A DNA stretch of 64,000 nucleotides from NCBI GenBank assembly GCA_030390025.1, contig CM059452.1:8308001-8372000 (forward strand). Direction: 5' to 3'. The notes under the pieces are model-generated. The model was not told the DNA's origin. It was given only the letters and a program-made list of their open reading frames with translations, and ran no database searches. Of this stretch, positions 40,310-53,093 are shown piece after piece (within the stretch, counting starts at the first letter, position 1; the number at the start of each line of letters is the position of its first letter). The position numbers and the translations under genes are program-made. This DNA comes from Squalus acanthias. Lineage: Eukaryota.

Positions 40310-40550
40310 GAGAAACGTCTTTACCAAGGTTAGAATGCAGAATCCGCTGCCACAAGCAATAGTTGAGGCGAACAGCATAGATTCATTGAAGGGGAAGTTA
40401 GATAAGTACACGAGGGAGAAAGGAATAGAAGGATATGTTGATAGGGGGAGATGAAGAAGGCTGGGTGGAGGCTCGTGTGGAGCATAAACACGGCATAGAC
40501 TGGTTGGGACAAATTACCTTTTTCTGTGCAGTAAATTCTATTTAATTTTA
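40310..40550 (+). mobile_element. Degenerate LINE 3' end fragment
   Basis: Resembles the CR1 C-terminus/3' UTR (GAGGCGAACAGCATAGATTCATTGAAGGGGAAGTTAGATAAGTAC). Confidence 0.6.
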
Positions 40551-40640
40551 TGTAAAACTCGCTGCGCATTTTCACCGTCAGTTGGTTCAGTTTGAACCTT
40601 TAACCGATGATTTCCGCTTTGTTTTAACCGTGTGTTGCAG

Positions 40641-40983
40641 ATCTGAGCGATGGAGATTCTGTTACTCAGCGGGAATCCTCGCTCACACAGACAGAGGGAG
40701 AAGAGGCCACTTTAACCTGCACCTATCCCGGCGATGGTTATTACTTGTTCTGGTACCGCCAATACCCAGGCAGACAGCCCGAGTTTGCAGTCCAGAAGTA
40801 CACGAGCGGCGGTTCTGAATATCAGGCGGATTTCGCGCAAGGCCGGTTTTCTGATGCAGTCCAGCAGTCAGACAAGTTGTACCGATTGACCATCTCGGGG
40901 CTGCGGCTGACTGACACCGCGGTGTATTACTGTGCACTGAGGCTCACAGTGATGGGAACGAGCTAAAGCCTCGTCCAATAACT
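40641..40983 (+). pseudogene. Open V exon with RSS, leader not found
   Basis: ttgcag/DLSDGDSVTQ...TLTC...LFWYRQ...DTAVYYCALR; RSS CACAGTG, 23 bp, CCAATAACT; a LINE remnant lies where the leader is expected. Confidence 0.75.
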
Positions 40984-41574
40984 GCCGCAGGTTTCTGGGT
41001 CACAGCTGCTGCCTGTTGTGGGCTGTTTATCACAGCGGGTCAGACACTGACACGTGACTACATTCCTGTGCGCGCAGACCCCGAGCAGAATCCACATAAA
41101 ACTCATATAAAACCGTTCACATCGAATACTGATTCCGTCTGATTATTGTATTAACTGCATGAGATCAAAAATGGTTGATGTGTATTTCTGTATCTTTAGG
41201 AAGCGCCAGTCCCATTGAGAATAAACACACCTGCGGGTGGCCTGTATCTGGTGCACCGCTGCTTCGGATATAACGCACGGCAAACGGACAAATAATGATT
41301 GGTTTAAAATATCAGTCTACAGTGTAGACAGAGATAGGTCGGGTGGGGAAGACCCGTATAATTCTAATAACTTTATTGAACATTTCTCAAAATTATAGAG
41401 ACTTGCCCATATATAAAGTGAAAATCTGCAGTAAAAGCAGGTTCCAGAAGGTCAAATTCAGGACAAGAGAAGAAGCTGATGAACAAACATTAATCGAATA
41501 ATAATCTCTAAGGACACACATGGTGTGTTCTTGGCTCCGTGCCAGATAGTCAGAGGACCGACTGAATACAAAAG

Positions 41575-41700
41575 ACTAAGAACATAAGAGCATAAGAAAT
41601 AGCAGCAGGAGTCGGCCATTTGGCCCTTCGAGCTTGCTCCGCCATTCAATAAGATCATGGCTGATCTTCTACCTCAACGCCACTTCCCTGAACTATCAGT
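41575..41700 (-). mobile_element. CR1 3' tail fragment
   Basis: TAAGAACA repeats and 3' UTR matching 8420-8519 inverted. Confidence 0.8.
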
Positions 41701-41809
41701 TTAAATTCAGTTAATTAAAATAAATCTGAAATAAAAAGCTAGTATCAGTAATGGTAACCATGAAACTATCGTATTGTTGTAAAAAACGATTTAGTTCACT
41801 AATGTCCAC

Positions 41810-42635
41810 ACCATCGCCGAATCCCCCACCATCAACATCCTGGGGGTCACCATTGACCAGTAACGGTTATTGGATAAGCACATGGAGCACACCAGAATGA
41901 TAGGGAGTGGGATAGCTTGATCTTGGTTTCGGACAATGCTCGGCACAACATCGAGGGCCGAAGTGCCTGTACTGTGCTGTACTGTTCTATGTTCTATGTA
42001 AACTTAACTGGCCCATGGTGTGGCAACAAGAGCACGTCAGAGGCTAGGTATTCTGCGGCGAGTGTCTCTCCTCCTGACTCCCCAAAGCCTTTCCACCATC
42101 AACAAGGCACAAGTAAGGAGTGTGATAGAATACCCTTCACTTGCCTGGATGAGTGCAGCTCCAACAAGACTCAAGAAGCTCGACACCATCCAGGACAAAG
42201 CAGCCCGCTTGATTGGCACCCCATCCACCACCTTAAACATTCACTCCCTCCACCACCAGCGTACCGTGGCTGCAGTGTGTACCATCTACAAGATGCACTG
42301 CAGCAACTTGCCAAGGCTTCTTCGGCAGCACCTCCCAAACCCGCGACCTCTTCCACCTAGAAGGACAAGGACAGCAGGCACATGGGAACACCACCATCTA
42401 CAAGTTCCCCTCCAAATCACACAGGATCCTGACTTAGAAGTATCGCCGATCCTTCATTGTCGCTTGCTCAAAATCCTGGAACTCCCTCCCAAACAGCACT
42501 GTGGGAGTACCTTCACCACACAGACTGCAGCGGTTCAAGACGGCGGCTCACCATCACCTTCTCAAGGACAAATAGGGATGGGCAATAGATGCTGCTCTTG
42601 CCAGCGCCACCCACATTCCATTAACGAATAAAAAA
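41810..42635 (+). mobile_element. LINE 3' portion with a nested short retroposon tail (~41862-42000)
   Basis: ORF 42020 KAQVRSVIEYPSLAWMSAAPTRLKKLDTIQ; polyA signal ~42627; nested TTCTATG tail. Confidence 0.88.
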
Positions 42636-44139
42636 ATGTCTGCAGTCTGTTTGTGTGTCCCTGAGTTTCAGCCAGCGTCACTCTCTCTGCCAGTGTCCGT
42701 GTGAGTCACTCTACCTCAGTCAGGCTTTGTTTAATCAGCCCTCTCATTATCCATTTGTATTACACAGAACAGTGCCGATCCCTTTACCCCGCTGCACGGC
42801 TTCCGGGGTTATCCTCGTGGGGGAATAGTCAGCACAACCCTTATTAAACTGTTCCCTTTTTGTGACTTTATATTTATAAATACACGCCTGATTCAATCCC
42901 TCTGCTGGTGTCTCTCTGTCTCACTGTACTCATTCTCACCTTTATCTATCTCCCTCTCAAAGTGTACAGACTGGCAAAGAGCTGATCGATGGAGGTGGCT
43001 TCATTCACCTGCACAGAAACATTGCTCAAATCTTTAACCAATGAGAGCAGACAGACACTGAGCTGGTCCACAGTGAGGGGCCTCATTCACTTGTATATGT
43101 ACAATGCTCAGATATTTAAACATGGCGAGCAGACATGGGTGGGGCTGATCCACCGAGGGGTTGCTCACTCACCTGCACGAGTACATTGATCAGATATTCC
43201 TTTCAATCAATCACTTCTATTGTTCCTGTTCAGAATTTGAACCTATTGTTTGTTTTTCCGTTCCCCGTCTGCTTTTTCCGTCTATTTATCCCCATCTTTT
43301 CTGCTTGTCCTCACGCTCATTTCTCCCCATCACCTCCATTCCCTTCACAAACCCCAGATTTTCCTATTCCCATGTCCCCTGGTGACATCGTGCAGGCTGC
43401 AGTCTGTATGGCGTCAGTCTGCAGTCTCTGTGACGTTAGTCTGCAGTCGCTGTGACGTCAGTCTGCAGTCTCTGTGACGTCAATCTGCACTTGCTGTCGA
43501 CGGTACCTATTAACGTGTACAGCCAGAAGGGATCATCGGCGTCAAAACATTAAAGATGACTGAAGTACAATTAATCATTTCTCCCATTTCTATTCTGTAA
43601 TCTTGAAGAATATGCAATGTAACATTGAGCTTCAGTCAGCGTTAGACTCTCCCGCTTTGTGTTTGCGTGACGTCAGTCTGCAGTTTGTGTGACGCACGTC
43701 GGCCATGTTTGTGTGACGTGCTGTCGGACATGTTGAAGTGATGTGCCGTCGGCCATGTTTGAGTGACGTGCCTTCGGCCATGTTTGGGTGACTTGTTTCG
43801 GCGATATTTGAGTGACGTTTGAGTGTAAGCGACCACTTTCTCGGAACAAATCTGAACATCGATCCATGATTTTAAAGGGAAAACAGCTGATGAGAAGCAG
43901 AAAGGACAGTTTAACCGGTCGGTTCATTCTCTGATCGATCATTTGGGCCGATTGGATTCTGCAGTTTGTTTTCTCGGTCGCTCCTGGAAACAGTTGGGTG
44001 ACAGTTTGATCCGAGGTTAATTTGGTTTCCTCTCGGTGTGTGTTTGAGCGCCTGACAGCGCGCTGCTCATTGTGGCTGCATCTGCCCGCGATTCCACACA
44101 ACCCCAACAGACAGGAGCTCCGCCGTACCGTCCAATGGC

Positions 44140-44821
44140 AATTTTTGTACGGGAGTGAGACTGCTTTCCATCACTGTGAGTCCCAGGGTGCAGTAATACA
44201 CGGCAGAGTCAGTCAGCTGCAGCCCGAAAATGGTTAAACACTTGAATTTAGTCGCGGTCTGTAGCTGAGCAGAAAAACGGATTCCGAAACCTTTTCCTCT
44301 CCGTTCCTGTGTGTCCCAAGACCGTCTCCTGATTACAAACTGGGGCTCCTTCTCTGCTTGGTGCTGGTACCAATATAAATTATAATAGTTTTCTGTGGTA
44401 CTGTAGGTACATCTTATATGCGGAGATGCCGGTGTTGGACTGGGGTGGACAAAAGTGAGAAGTCGCACAACACCAGATTATAGTCCAACAGTTTTAGTTG
44501 AAATCACCTGACGAAGGAGCAGCAGCTCCGAAAGCTTGTGATTTCAAATAAAACTGTTGGAGTATAACCTGGTGTTGTGCGACTTCTCACATTTGTACAC
44601 CTCGTAGTTACCGCTTCACCTTCTCTCCTGCTGACTAAAGTCTGGGACTGAGTAACAGAATCTCCATCACTCTGATCTGTAACATGTGTTCATTAACAAG
44701 ATAAAACCGAATATTAAAAGCTGAAATAATATTAACACTTTAGTTTGAACACGACACAATTGGATTAATCCTTACCGACAATAAACACCCCAAACACAAC
44801 CCACACGCTGAATATCCGAAT
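44140..44821 (-). pseudogene. V pseudogene interrupted by an insertion at Cys23; start codon is ATT
   Basis: Leader IRIFSVWVVFGVFIV/GTAAGG; DGDSVTQ...VTTRCT [insert] RCTYST...LYWYQ...DSAVYYCTLG; RSS CACAGTG, 23 bp, ACAAAAATT. Confidence 0.85.
44418..44594 (+). mobile_element. Penelope-like pseudo-LTR fragment (palindromic) with minimal hammerhead ribozyme
   Basis: ~55-bp inverted arms flank CTGACGA-A-GGAGC-AGCA-GCTCC-GAAAGCTT; imperfect TSD GTACATCT/GTACACCT. Confidence 0.75.
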
Positions 44822-46611
44822 GGCCGCTGCCGAGCCCAAACCTGTCGGTCTCTTTAAGAGCCCCATCCCGGACCGGAATATACCTCGTCAAGGGCTCTTA
44901 TTGGTCCAACGCCACTTCCTGCTCCCATTGTTCCCCTCCAATGACAACATCTCCTATACACCCGCCATATATTTAAATGAGATTCAAGTGAGGCTCATGG
45001 CTCAGTTGAAGCCCTTTGAACCACAGCATAAAGTATCTGAAGGTGCAGCCAATCACTCAGTAAGCGCTGCCTGAGGTTCGGGGATTTATTTAATGGGCCC
45101 GAATTGGTCACACTGAGTGTTTGTTTATTTTATGTCGGTGTGTGACGGCTCACCGAGAGCATTAACTTCTTTGTCCTGTATCATTCGTGGTTACACTGAA
45201 CTATCCGCTGTGTGTGGTAGATTTCCTCTGCTCCCTATTTCTAACGAAATAGTGAATGCATTCTAAAATAATAAACGTGCGATTTCGTTAAAACAGCTTG
45301 TGGATGAGATTTACAGAGAGAGACCAGAGGAAATCTTCCCACTATGGGTCCCCAGCAGATTAATCAAACCCGACTCCCCATCAACCACTTCAGTCTGATT
45401 AGTGGCAGTGATTGAAATAAACAACATCTTAATCTACTTTCAAACCAATATATTGTCACTTCGAGATAATATCTTACCGCCATCATCCGACTTTGTTGGT
45501 AATTGCTTGGAGGGGAATATGAGCCCCTTCCCCAAATATCTGCTGAACCCGTTAGATTAATGTCTGCCTGAAACTAACAGGAGGCGTCATTCCACTATCC
45601 TGAAATTAATCACATGGGAAGGGAAATGGTGGTTATTGACACGGGAGAAACTCCTCACCCGGGTTACAGTCCCATCTCTCTGAGTGTGTCTTTCATTCCA
45701 GATTTTAATATATAAGGGTTTTTTTTTAAACGGCAGCTACCAACGAAGTCACTCGCAGTCGCTTTAAGATATGCAGTATAAGGAAATAATTCATAAGCGT
45801 GGTAGAGATTGTGACGATGAATAGCTAACAAAGTAAAAGAGATGGGGGGAAAGCTTTGCTGAATCCCACGAACAAAAACTCAGATACAAGTAGGCTTTGG
45901 AATTGTGATGCGTTTACACAAATCAGGAAGAACAATGGTTCGAGTCCCGAGGGAGCAGCGAGAATCATGGGACCACGGCGCCCTCTGGCGGATACGATGA
46001 GACCTTTTACATTGATCGGATATTGGGTGAAAACAGACAATAAGTGTGTGTATGAGGCAGTGTCCTTTTATGGGGAGGTGTGTTGCGGGGATTCTGATGG
46101 CGAATGTCGAGCCGTGTACATCATCACTTACAGGGACGAAAACATTAATAAGAGGAAGTGGAGCTTGGAAACTGACATTTTCCGCTGGGAGATTTGACCC
46201 TTTCTGATCCGCACAATAAACAACAACAACCCGCAATCCGCATTCACAACAACTGACTTTCATTTCCTTTCAGTTCAACTGGTGCTGGATGCCTGTGATC
46301 TTTGTGCGTGCACGGGCTCCAGTCAGTATGATTTCCCTCCCGCTTTTCCCGGTGACCAGTGATTCCTTTCTCTGTGTCTGCACTGGGGAAACCCTGATAC
46401 AAGCTGCACCACCCCCCTGCTGAGGGAGAACAAGTGAGCGAGGCCCAGAGAGGCCGCTGTCCATCTGTCTGTCAGTCATCAGCCTGGTTACCTCAATAAA
46501 GGCATTTCACTCATCCAGCTGCATTTGTATATAGATATTATACATTTATTATTAATAAAGGTACACATAAATTATAATGAACAGAACAAGGTCTAATCTA
46601 CAAGTACTAAG

Positions 46612-47070
46612 GGGTCATCCTTGGCTCAGTTGGCAGCACTCTCGCCTCTGAGTCAGAACATTGTGGGTTCAAGTCACACTCCAGAGACTTGAGCACAAAA
46701 TCTAGGCGCACCCTTCCGATGTCAGTACTGAGGGAGTGCTGCACTGTCGGAGGTGTAGTCTTTCGGATGAGATGTTAAACCGAGGCCCTGTCTGACCACT
46801 CAGGAGGACGTAATGAATCCCAATATTTCGAAAAAGAGCAGAGGAGTTACATTGGTCAATATTTATCCCTCAAGCAACATTAGTAAAACAGATTATGTGG
46901 TCATTATTATGTTGCTGTTTGTGGGAGCTTGCTGTGCGCAAATTGGCTGCCGCGTTTCCTACATTACAACAGTGACTACACTTCAAAAAGTACTTCATTG
47001 GCTGTAAAGCGCTTTGGGACGTCCGGTGGTCGTGAAAGGCGCTATATAAATGCAAGTCTTTCTTTCTTTA
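46612..47070 (+). mobile_element. tRNA-derived SINE with Deu-like central domain (SacSINE1-like)
   Basis: A box TGGCTCAGTTGG, B box GTTCAAGTC, core GTCTTTCGGATGAGATGTTAAACCGAGG, tail GCGCTATATAAATGCAAG(TCTT)n. Confidence 0.85.
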
Positions 47071-47371
47071 AAAGGGAGGTGAGAATATGGAATTTTCTGT
47101 AGAAAGTGTTGTTGACTCAGATTCTTGTGGAGGATCAAATGGATTTGGGAGTCCAGGGACTTTCCAAATATTTTCAATCTGTTGTCAACAATAACAACAT
47201 CATCCGCCCACACAATGTTCTGTCTGACTGTCTGTCTCTTTATGACACGTTCAGAAAGCATTTTGGATGGAAGAATTGTTGTCCTCCGTCGGACTACACA
47301 GTGACATTGGACCATGAGATACAATAAACCAGAGAGTTCACTGTCACAGTCTGCCGCGCCGGAGCACCTGT

Positions 47372-47717
47372 AGTTTATCTGTCGGCTCATGCTCTAAATA
47401 CAGCACCGTGTGAGGTGTTATGACCCAGAAGTGTTTCCTGGAATCCGCAGCTGTCAGCTGTGAAACCCTTAAACTGACGGCTCTGTAAGTTTTGGCCAAA
47501 GATGAGGTGAAGCGCCGTCTTGCAAAGTTCGCATCGTCACTGAACCGGTCGGTGCAGTGGATGAGGATATTCTCCGCGCCCACGGACCGACCCTCCTGCT
47601 ACCAGGACAGGCAAACTCTCGTCACCTCTGTATAGGAGCAGGTTATTGTCGCGATCTCTCCCTCCTGAGCGGTCACCTCTTCCATTGGCCAATGGGCGAT
47701 CCATCCAAAGACGCCGT
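47372..47717 (-). pseudogene. Family-E V pseudogene
   Basis: Stop after LSW, Cys104 replaced by Trp; RSS CACGGTG, 23 bp, AGATAAACT. Confidence 0.8.
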
Positions 47718-48277
47718 CTAAAGGACAGAGAGGGAAACGTTTAGATAAAGTTCCAATAACTGTCAGTAATAAATCCCAACAGGCGGTGAGATTGTCGCTC
47801 ACACAACAAAAGCGGGATAGCATTTCGGAATAGGAGTTCTCAGAGTGACTGTATCCAAACAGAAATATATGGAGAGTTTTGATGAAGTAAATAAGGAGAA
47901 ACTGTTTCCACTGGCAGCAGGTTCGGTACCCAGAGGACAAACACATTGAAGATACTGGGCAAAAGAATCAGCGAGAAGATGAGGAGATTTGATTTTTTAC
48001 TCAGTGAGTTGTTGTGATCTGGAATTCACTGCCTGAAAGGGCGGTGGAAGCAGATTCAATCATAACATTCAAAGGGGAATTAGATAAATCCTTAAAAAGA
48101 GAAAAATTGCAGGAATAAAGATACCTATATATTAGAATTAACAGCCCAATGTCTAATTAGAAACACAGGGACCAGCTGAGACTCGCTCCTGATCACAATG
48201 TTCCCCTGACGCGCTGATATGTTGAGCGACTCTCTGACAGTTTTTGTACAGGTCCAGCCCAGCTCCGTGTCTCTGTG

Positions 48278-48709
48278 GGGCTCAGTGCGCAGTAATACAC
48301 CGCGGAGTCTGTCAGTTGTGTTTCAGACACATTCAGCGCGACGGTTCGGCTTCGATCATCGACCTGAGCTGAAAAACGGACCACTGGAACTTTCCCTTCG
48401 TTCTTGCTGTATCTGTTTCTCTGCAGCAGAAACTCCATGGATCCGCTGGGATACTGACGGTACCAGTATAGGTAAGGAGTGCTGGTGCTTGTAGCTGTAT
48501 AATTACAATGCAACTGAACATCGTCTCCTTCACTGACTGTGTTTGCAGCCGGTGTCTGTGAAACTGAATCTCCTTGACAATATCCTGCAAGATGCAAGAG
48601 CGATATTAAATTAAACAGCGTCACTTCACTGTGTCTATCCCCCAGAATCAGCCCGTCACCCCCAACACTTACCTGCGAAGTAAATCAGGGCAGTTAAACA
48701 GAAATACAT
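48278..48709 (-). CDS. TRAV: TCR alpha/delta V segment, family D, apparently functional (leader 48709-48673, V exon 48584-48278)
   Basis: Leader MYFCLTALIYFA/GTAAGT; GDSVSQ...QLHC...YLYWYRQ...DSAVYYCALS; RSS CACAGAG, 23 bp, ACAAAAACT (48277-48239). Confidence 0.9.
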
Positions 48710-49574
48710 TTCCCCACAGCTCAGGGGCTGTGATCGGGATCAGTTCCTCACCTTCACCTCTTGTGATGTGAAGGGAAAACTCCAAACGGTCTGTGGGTTT
48801 AAGACTCGTGTGTCTGTCAAAGTCCGTCATTGGCTGCGGCGGGACGGATCGGGTCTGTCTGCCATTCACCTGTAATCTCACCTCAATTCATCCGCTTTCA
48901 TTCATTGGGGGAGATTGTCGAGTGCCCCTAAACAGTGTTCAGTGTTGAATCAAGGTGGAACCGGATGGTTTTCTTCACTTCGTGTCAATCTATTGATAAC
49001 CTTGTGTTCCGGGAACTGACCGATTAAATATAATGTATGATACAGACGTGAAACACAATGTCGTGTAATTTGCGAACTTACCAGTTAAGAGAGCTGCAGC
49101 TGTGACGAATAAATAAAATGTAACAGCCAACATGTTTGCAGAGAGTTCATGTCGGATGACGGGTTGAACCTGAAATTGTTTTAGTCAACAGTTGGGATGA
49201 TGTTGACTCATATCCGGCCTCTCTGCCGATTGGTTCATTCCTGACAGAGTGAGCAGGAGATATCCAATTACGTCACGGTTCCTTTGTTGTCCAATTTATC
49301 CAATCAGCTCACAGCTCATTTGTTCTCCTCACAACAGAGAACTGGACGGGGATTAAACCCAATGTTGGCCCATTAAAAGTTTCAGTCTGTGAGGTGGGGC
49401 CAGTGAAAGGAATTTTTTAATATTGTTCTGGCAGCAGTGCCGGAGGCTCCCATTAAAAGAGCTGCTCACTGACCATTAGAACTACCCACAGCCGATATAA
49501 AGGGAGGTAGAGACGGCCAGTTGATCCTGAGGATTTGAACACAACGATGCGGTAAATTAGACAAACGCAACCTT

Positions 49575-50375
49575 TTATATGAATGAAATGGGGAGTTTAT
49601 GTACGAGCGTTTAACGGGTTTCCATCACTGTGAGTCCCAGGGCACAGTAATAAACTGCAGTTTCGGTCAGCTGCAGCCCCGAGATGGTTAAACTGTGAAT
49701 TTAGTGGAGCTGTCGAGTTGTGCTGAAAATCGGGTTGGGGCAAAATGTGCTTTATCTTCAGAACCGCTCGAGTATTTCATCAGTATAAACTCGGGCTGTG
49801 CTCCAGGGTGTTGCCGGTACAAGTACAAATTATAGCCTCACCCGCTCCATGTAGTATCATAGGTACAGTTTAAAGTCACCGCTTCTCCTTCTGTCTGAAC
49901 TCCTGAGGACAGCGGCTGAGTGACAGAATCTCCAAGACTCAGATCTGAAAAACATTTTCAAACAGGAAAAGATCAGACCGGCGGGTGTTTAAAATTCAGA
50001 TTAAAAACATAATAGAAAAGAGAATAAAGCTGAAATGTGTCTAATTCACCATCATTGTCATCATTTCACTAATAACAACATCTGGGCTACAGCAGTCAGG
50101 GGGAGAATGGATGTTTACTGGGGAGGAAATACTTACTGAGAAGTGATATAATGATGAGGAGCGGTGCGAGATGGTTCCGCATGATGCTCCCTAAGTCTGT
50201 AACTCTGCAGTCTGGGAAATCCTCTGTCGAAACATTAACACAGATCCCCGCCCCACTGCACTGCCGATCCAACCAATGCCAAACAGGGAACCGCGGCAGC
50301 AATCTGTCCAATAACACAGGGCAGGCAAGGCGGGTCAGAGCGAGAGCAACAAACGGTAGCTGTGGACGGGGCTGC
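49575..50375 (-). pseudogene. Chimeric V pseudogene: family-A promoter/leader with family-B V exon
   Basis: Leader MRNHLAPLLIIISLL; exon DLSLGDSVTQPLSSGVQTEGEAVTLNC with in-frame TGA, Trp to Leu and an FR3 frameshift; RSS CACAGTG, 23 bp, ACATAAACT. Confidence 0.82.
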
Positions 50376-51489
50376 CGCGGGAAGTGATGTCACACGTAGG
50401 ATCCACCTGTGAGGAATTCTCGCGCTGTCCTCACTTTCTCTCACAATGTTCCCTTTCTTCTTTCTTTGAAATAATCAATTCCAAAAAACCGAGCGATTGT
50501 GATTGCTCGCGGATGTGCGAGAGTTTTAATCAGCACCGTATCCCAGTGCCTGACTGTAATGACATCTAGAGAAGTATCACACAGTTGATGTATTAAAACC
50601 ATATCCCGCAATATTACTTTAAATTGAACTGTTTGCAGTAGAAAAGGGAAGCACGGGTTCAAAGTATAAAATGTAATTATAGCACAATATCTTCTTCACA
50701 CGCAGAAATTTGTGAATGTATGGAATAAGTTTCCGAATACAGTGGTGGAGGAACATATCCTGGAATTTTTTGAGGAAAAGTTTGAGGCAACATTCGGGCC
50801 GAGTGATAGTCTCTCTCTGGATGGATGGGACAATACGGGCCGAATGGCTTCCCTCATTCAGAATGATCTTGTGAACTGGAACAGGGCAGGACTTGTATTT
50901 TGTAGTTACAGGCAGTCGCCACCAGAGGGCAGTGCGAGGATGTGTTCACTGTGTTGGTTTCAGTATCGAGGCGATTTACAGCCTGAGAACATTGTTCAGT
51001 AACTTTATTGAAGGGATTAAAGAAGCAGATTCGGAAATAGGGGCATTATTTTGAAATTACTATCAGTGTTTATGTGGCTTATTATCCATTTTCATTATGA
51101 TTTATCAATGTTATTATTATTATTAATATGTTGTAAATATTAGTATAAAATATTCCCACTCCATCCTTCTGGGAAAGAACACGGGTTAAAATTATAAAGG
51201 GACATTTTATAACTGGTATCAGGAAATTCCTCTTCACATACACAGTGATCAATGTGTGGCATAAATTTTCATTTAGAATGTGGGAGGAAAATATACTGGA
51301 ATCGTTGGATGCTACAATGGACGTCGAGAGCTGGGATCGCTCTGAGTGACGCAGTCATCCCTAGCGGGAGCGAATAACCGTTCTCACTTGTAACTATCTT
51401 GTGCAGTGCAAATGATCGGGAATTCGAGTCAAAATTGCACCTCGAAATTACCAGTACAGGCCACCTGATAATAGGGTGAAACGGTGAGA

Positions 51490-51735
51490 AACACTGAGTT
51501 GGCGCGGCCCGGTGCGAGCTCAGAGACATTGTGAGCTGGTGTCAGTGAGAAACACTGAGTTTGCGCGGCCCGGTGTGAGCTCAGAGACAGTGTGAGCTGG
51601 TGTCAGTGAGAAACACTGAGTTTGCGCGGCCCGGTGGGAGCTCAGAGACAGTGTGAGCTGGTGTCAGTGAGAAACACTGAGTGTGGGCGGCCCGGTGTGA
51701 GCTCAGAGACAGTGTGAGCTGGTGTCAGTGAGTCA
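51490..51735 (+). repeat. 61-bp VNTR upstream of family-C V (~4 units)
   Basis: Same unit as 35559-36005. Confidence 0.9.
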
Positions 51736-51913
51736 CACTAAGTAAACCCCAAGATGCAGCTTGTTTTGTTTACTCGACAGGAAGAAGCCTCTGAGTTGGA
51801 CATGAATCGGAGTTTGGCTCCTTGTTAATTATCCTGAATATATTATCCGTGTCCTGGTTCCAACCCGACCTCTGTGTACATTTCTTTCAGCCTCCTTTTC
51901 ATCTGATCGGAAA

Positions 51914-52247
51914 ATGCTCCGGATTTACAGAGTTTCTCTGCTGATTTACACTCTGCTCTGCACGCATGTGAGCGGTGAAGATGAGGTGAAGCAATTTCCG
52001 AGGCGGGTGGTTGTTAGTGAAGAGGGAAGCGTGTCCATCAACTGCTCCGCTACCGCTGCGTTTACCGTCCTGCGCTGGTACAGACAGCACCCGGATCAGA
52101 CACCCCAGCACCTGGTGATGGCCACAAGCGGGGCCGATCAACACGGGAGGATCACTGCTTCAATCGGGGGAGGCAATAAACTCAGTGCCCTGACTGTGCG
52201 AGACGCGCGAGTGACAGACAGCGCCACCTATCTCTGCGCCGTGAGCC
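51914..52247 (+). CDS. TRAV: TCR alpha/delta V segment, family C, single exon
   Basis: Open ORF; RSS CACAGTG, 23 bp, ACAGAAACC (52248-52286). Confidence 0.85.
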
Positions 52248-53093
52248 CACAGTGTAACAAACAGGCGGAGAGTCCGCACAGAAACCTGCCCCGAGGGGGA
52301 GCGCCGCTCTGCTGTTTTTGGAGTAACGGGATTGGGAGGGGCCCGGTTATAATAATCGGAGGGCAGAGGGAATGAGCACAGAACAATGATGATATATTGA
52401 AGAGAGAGAGCTAAAGTAAGTGAGAAATGAAGAGAGTTGGAAACATAACAGAGGGAAAGAAAGAGAAAACACCAAAGAAAGAATCAGAGAGCGAAAGAGA
52501 AAGAGCGGTGTAATAATGAGAGTGTAGAGGACAGCAAATTAGTAAAGGCGGGAAAGTGAAATGAAAGAAAGTGAGAAATAACGAGTGAGAAACACAAAGC
52601 TAAAAGGTAAGAGAAAGCAAGAAACAGATTCAGAAATAAATTAAAATGTATTTTCCTTTAAATTAATTCACATTTCCCTTCGCCCTATTTACAAAGCTGA
52701 ATTGTCTGAAACAATACACATTGTCTCCCAATAACAGGTCTCTGGAAACTGCCCCATCGATAAACTCACACTTCACTCTGCCGATTTTCCCGACAGTGTA
52801 AAATTCTCAGAGTCATCGGCAGAGGGCGCCGTGGTCACATGTTTCTTACCGTCAACAACTGGAAATTATTGAGACAAATCTTGTGGTGACACCGCCCGCG
52901 GCAGCCCCGCCCACAGCTTCCGTTTGCTGCTCTCGCTCTGACCCGCCTTGCCTGCCCGGTGTTATTGAAGAGATTGCTGTCGCTGTTCCCTGTTTGGCAT
53001 TGCTTGGATCAGCAGTGCAGTGGGGAGCGGATCTGTATTTCTGCTCCGACAGACGATTTCCCGGACTGCAGAGTTACAGACTCAGGCAGCATC

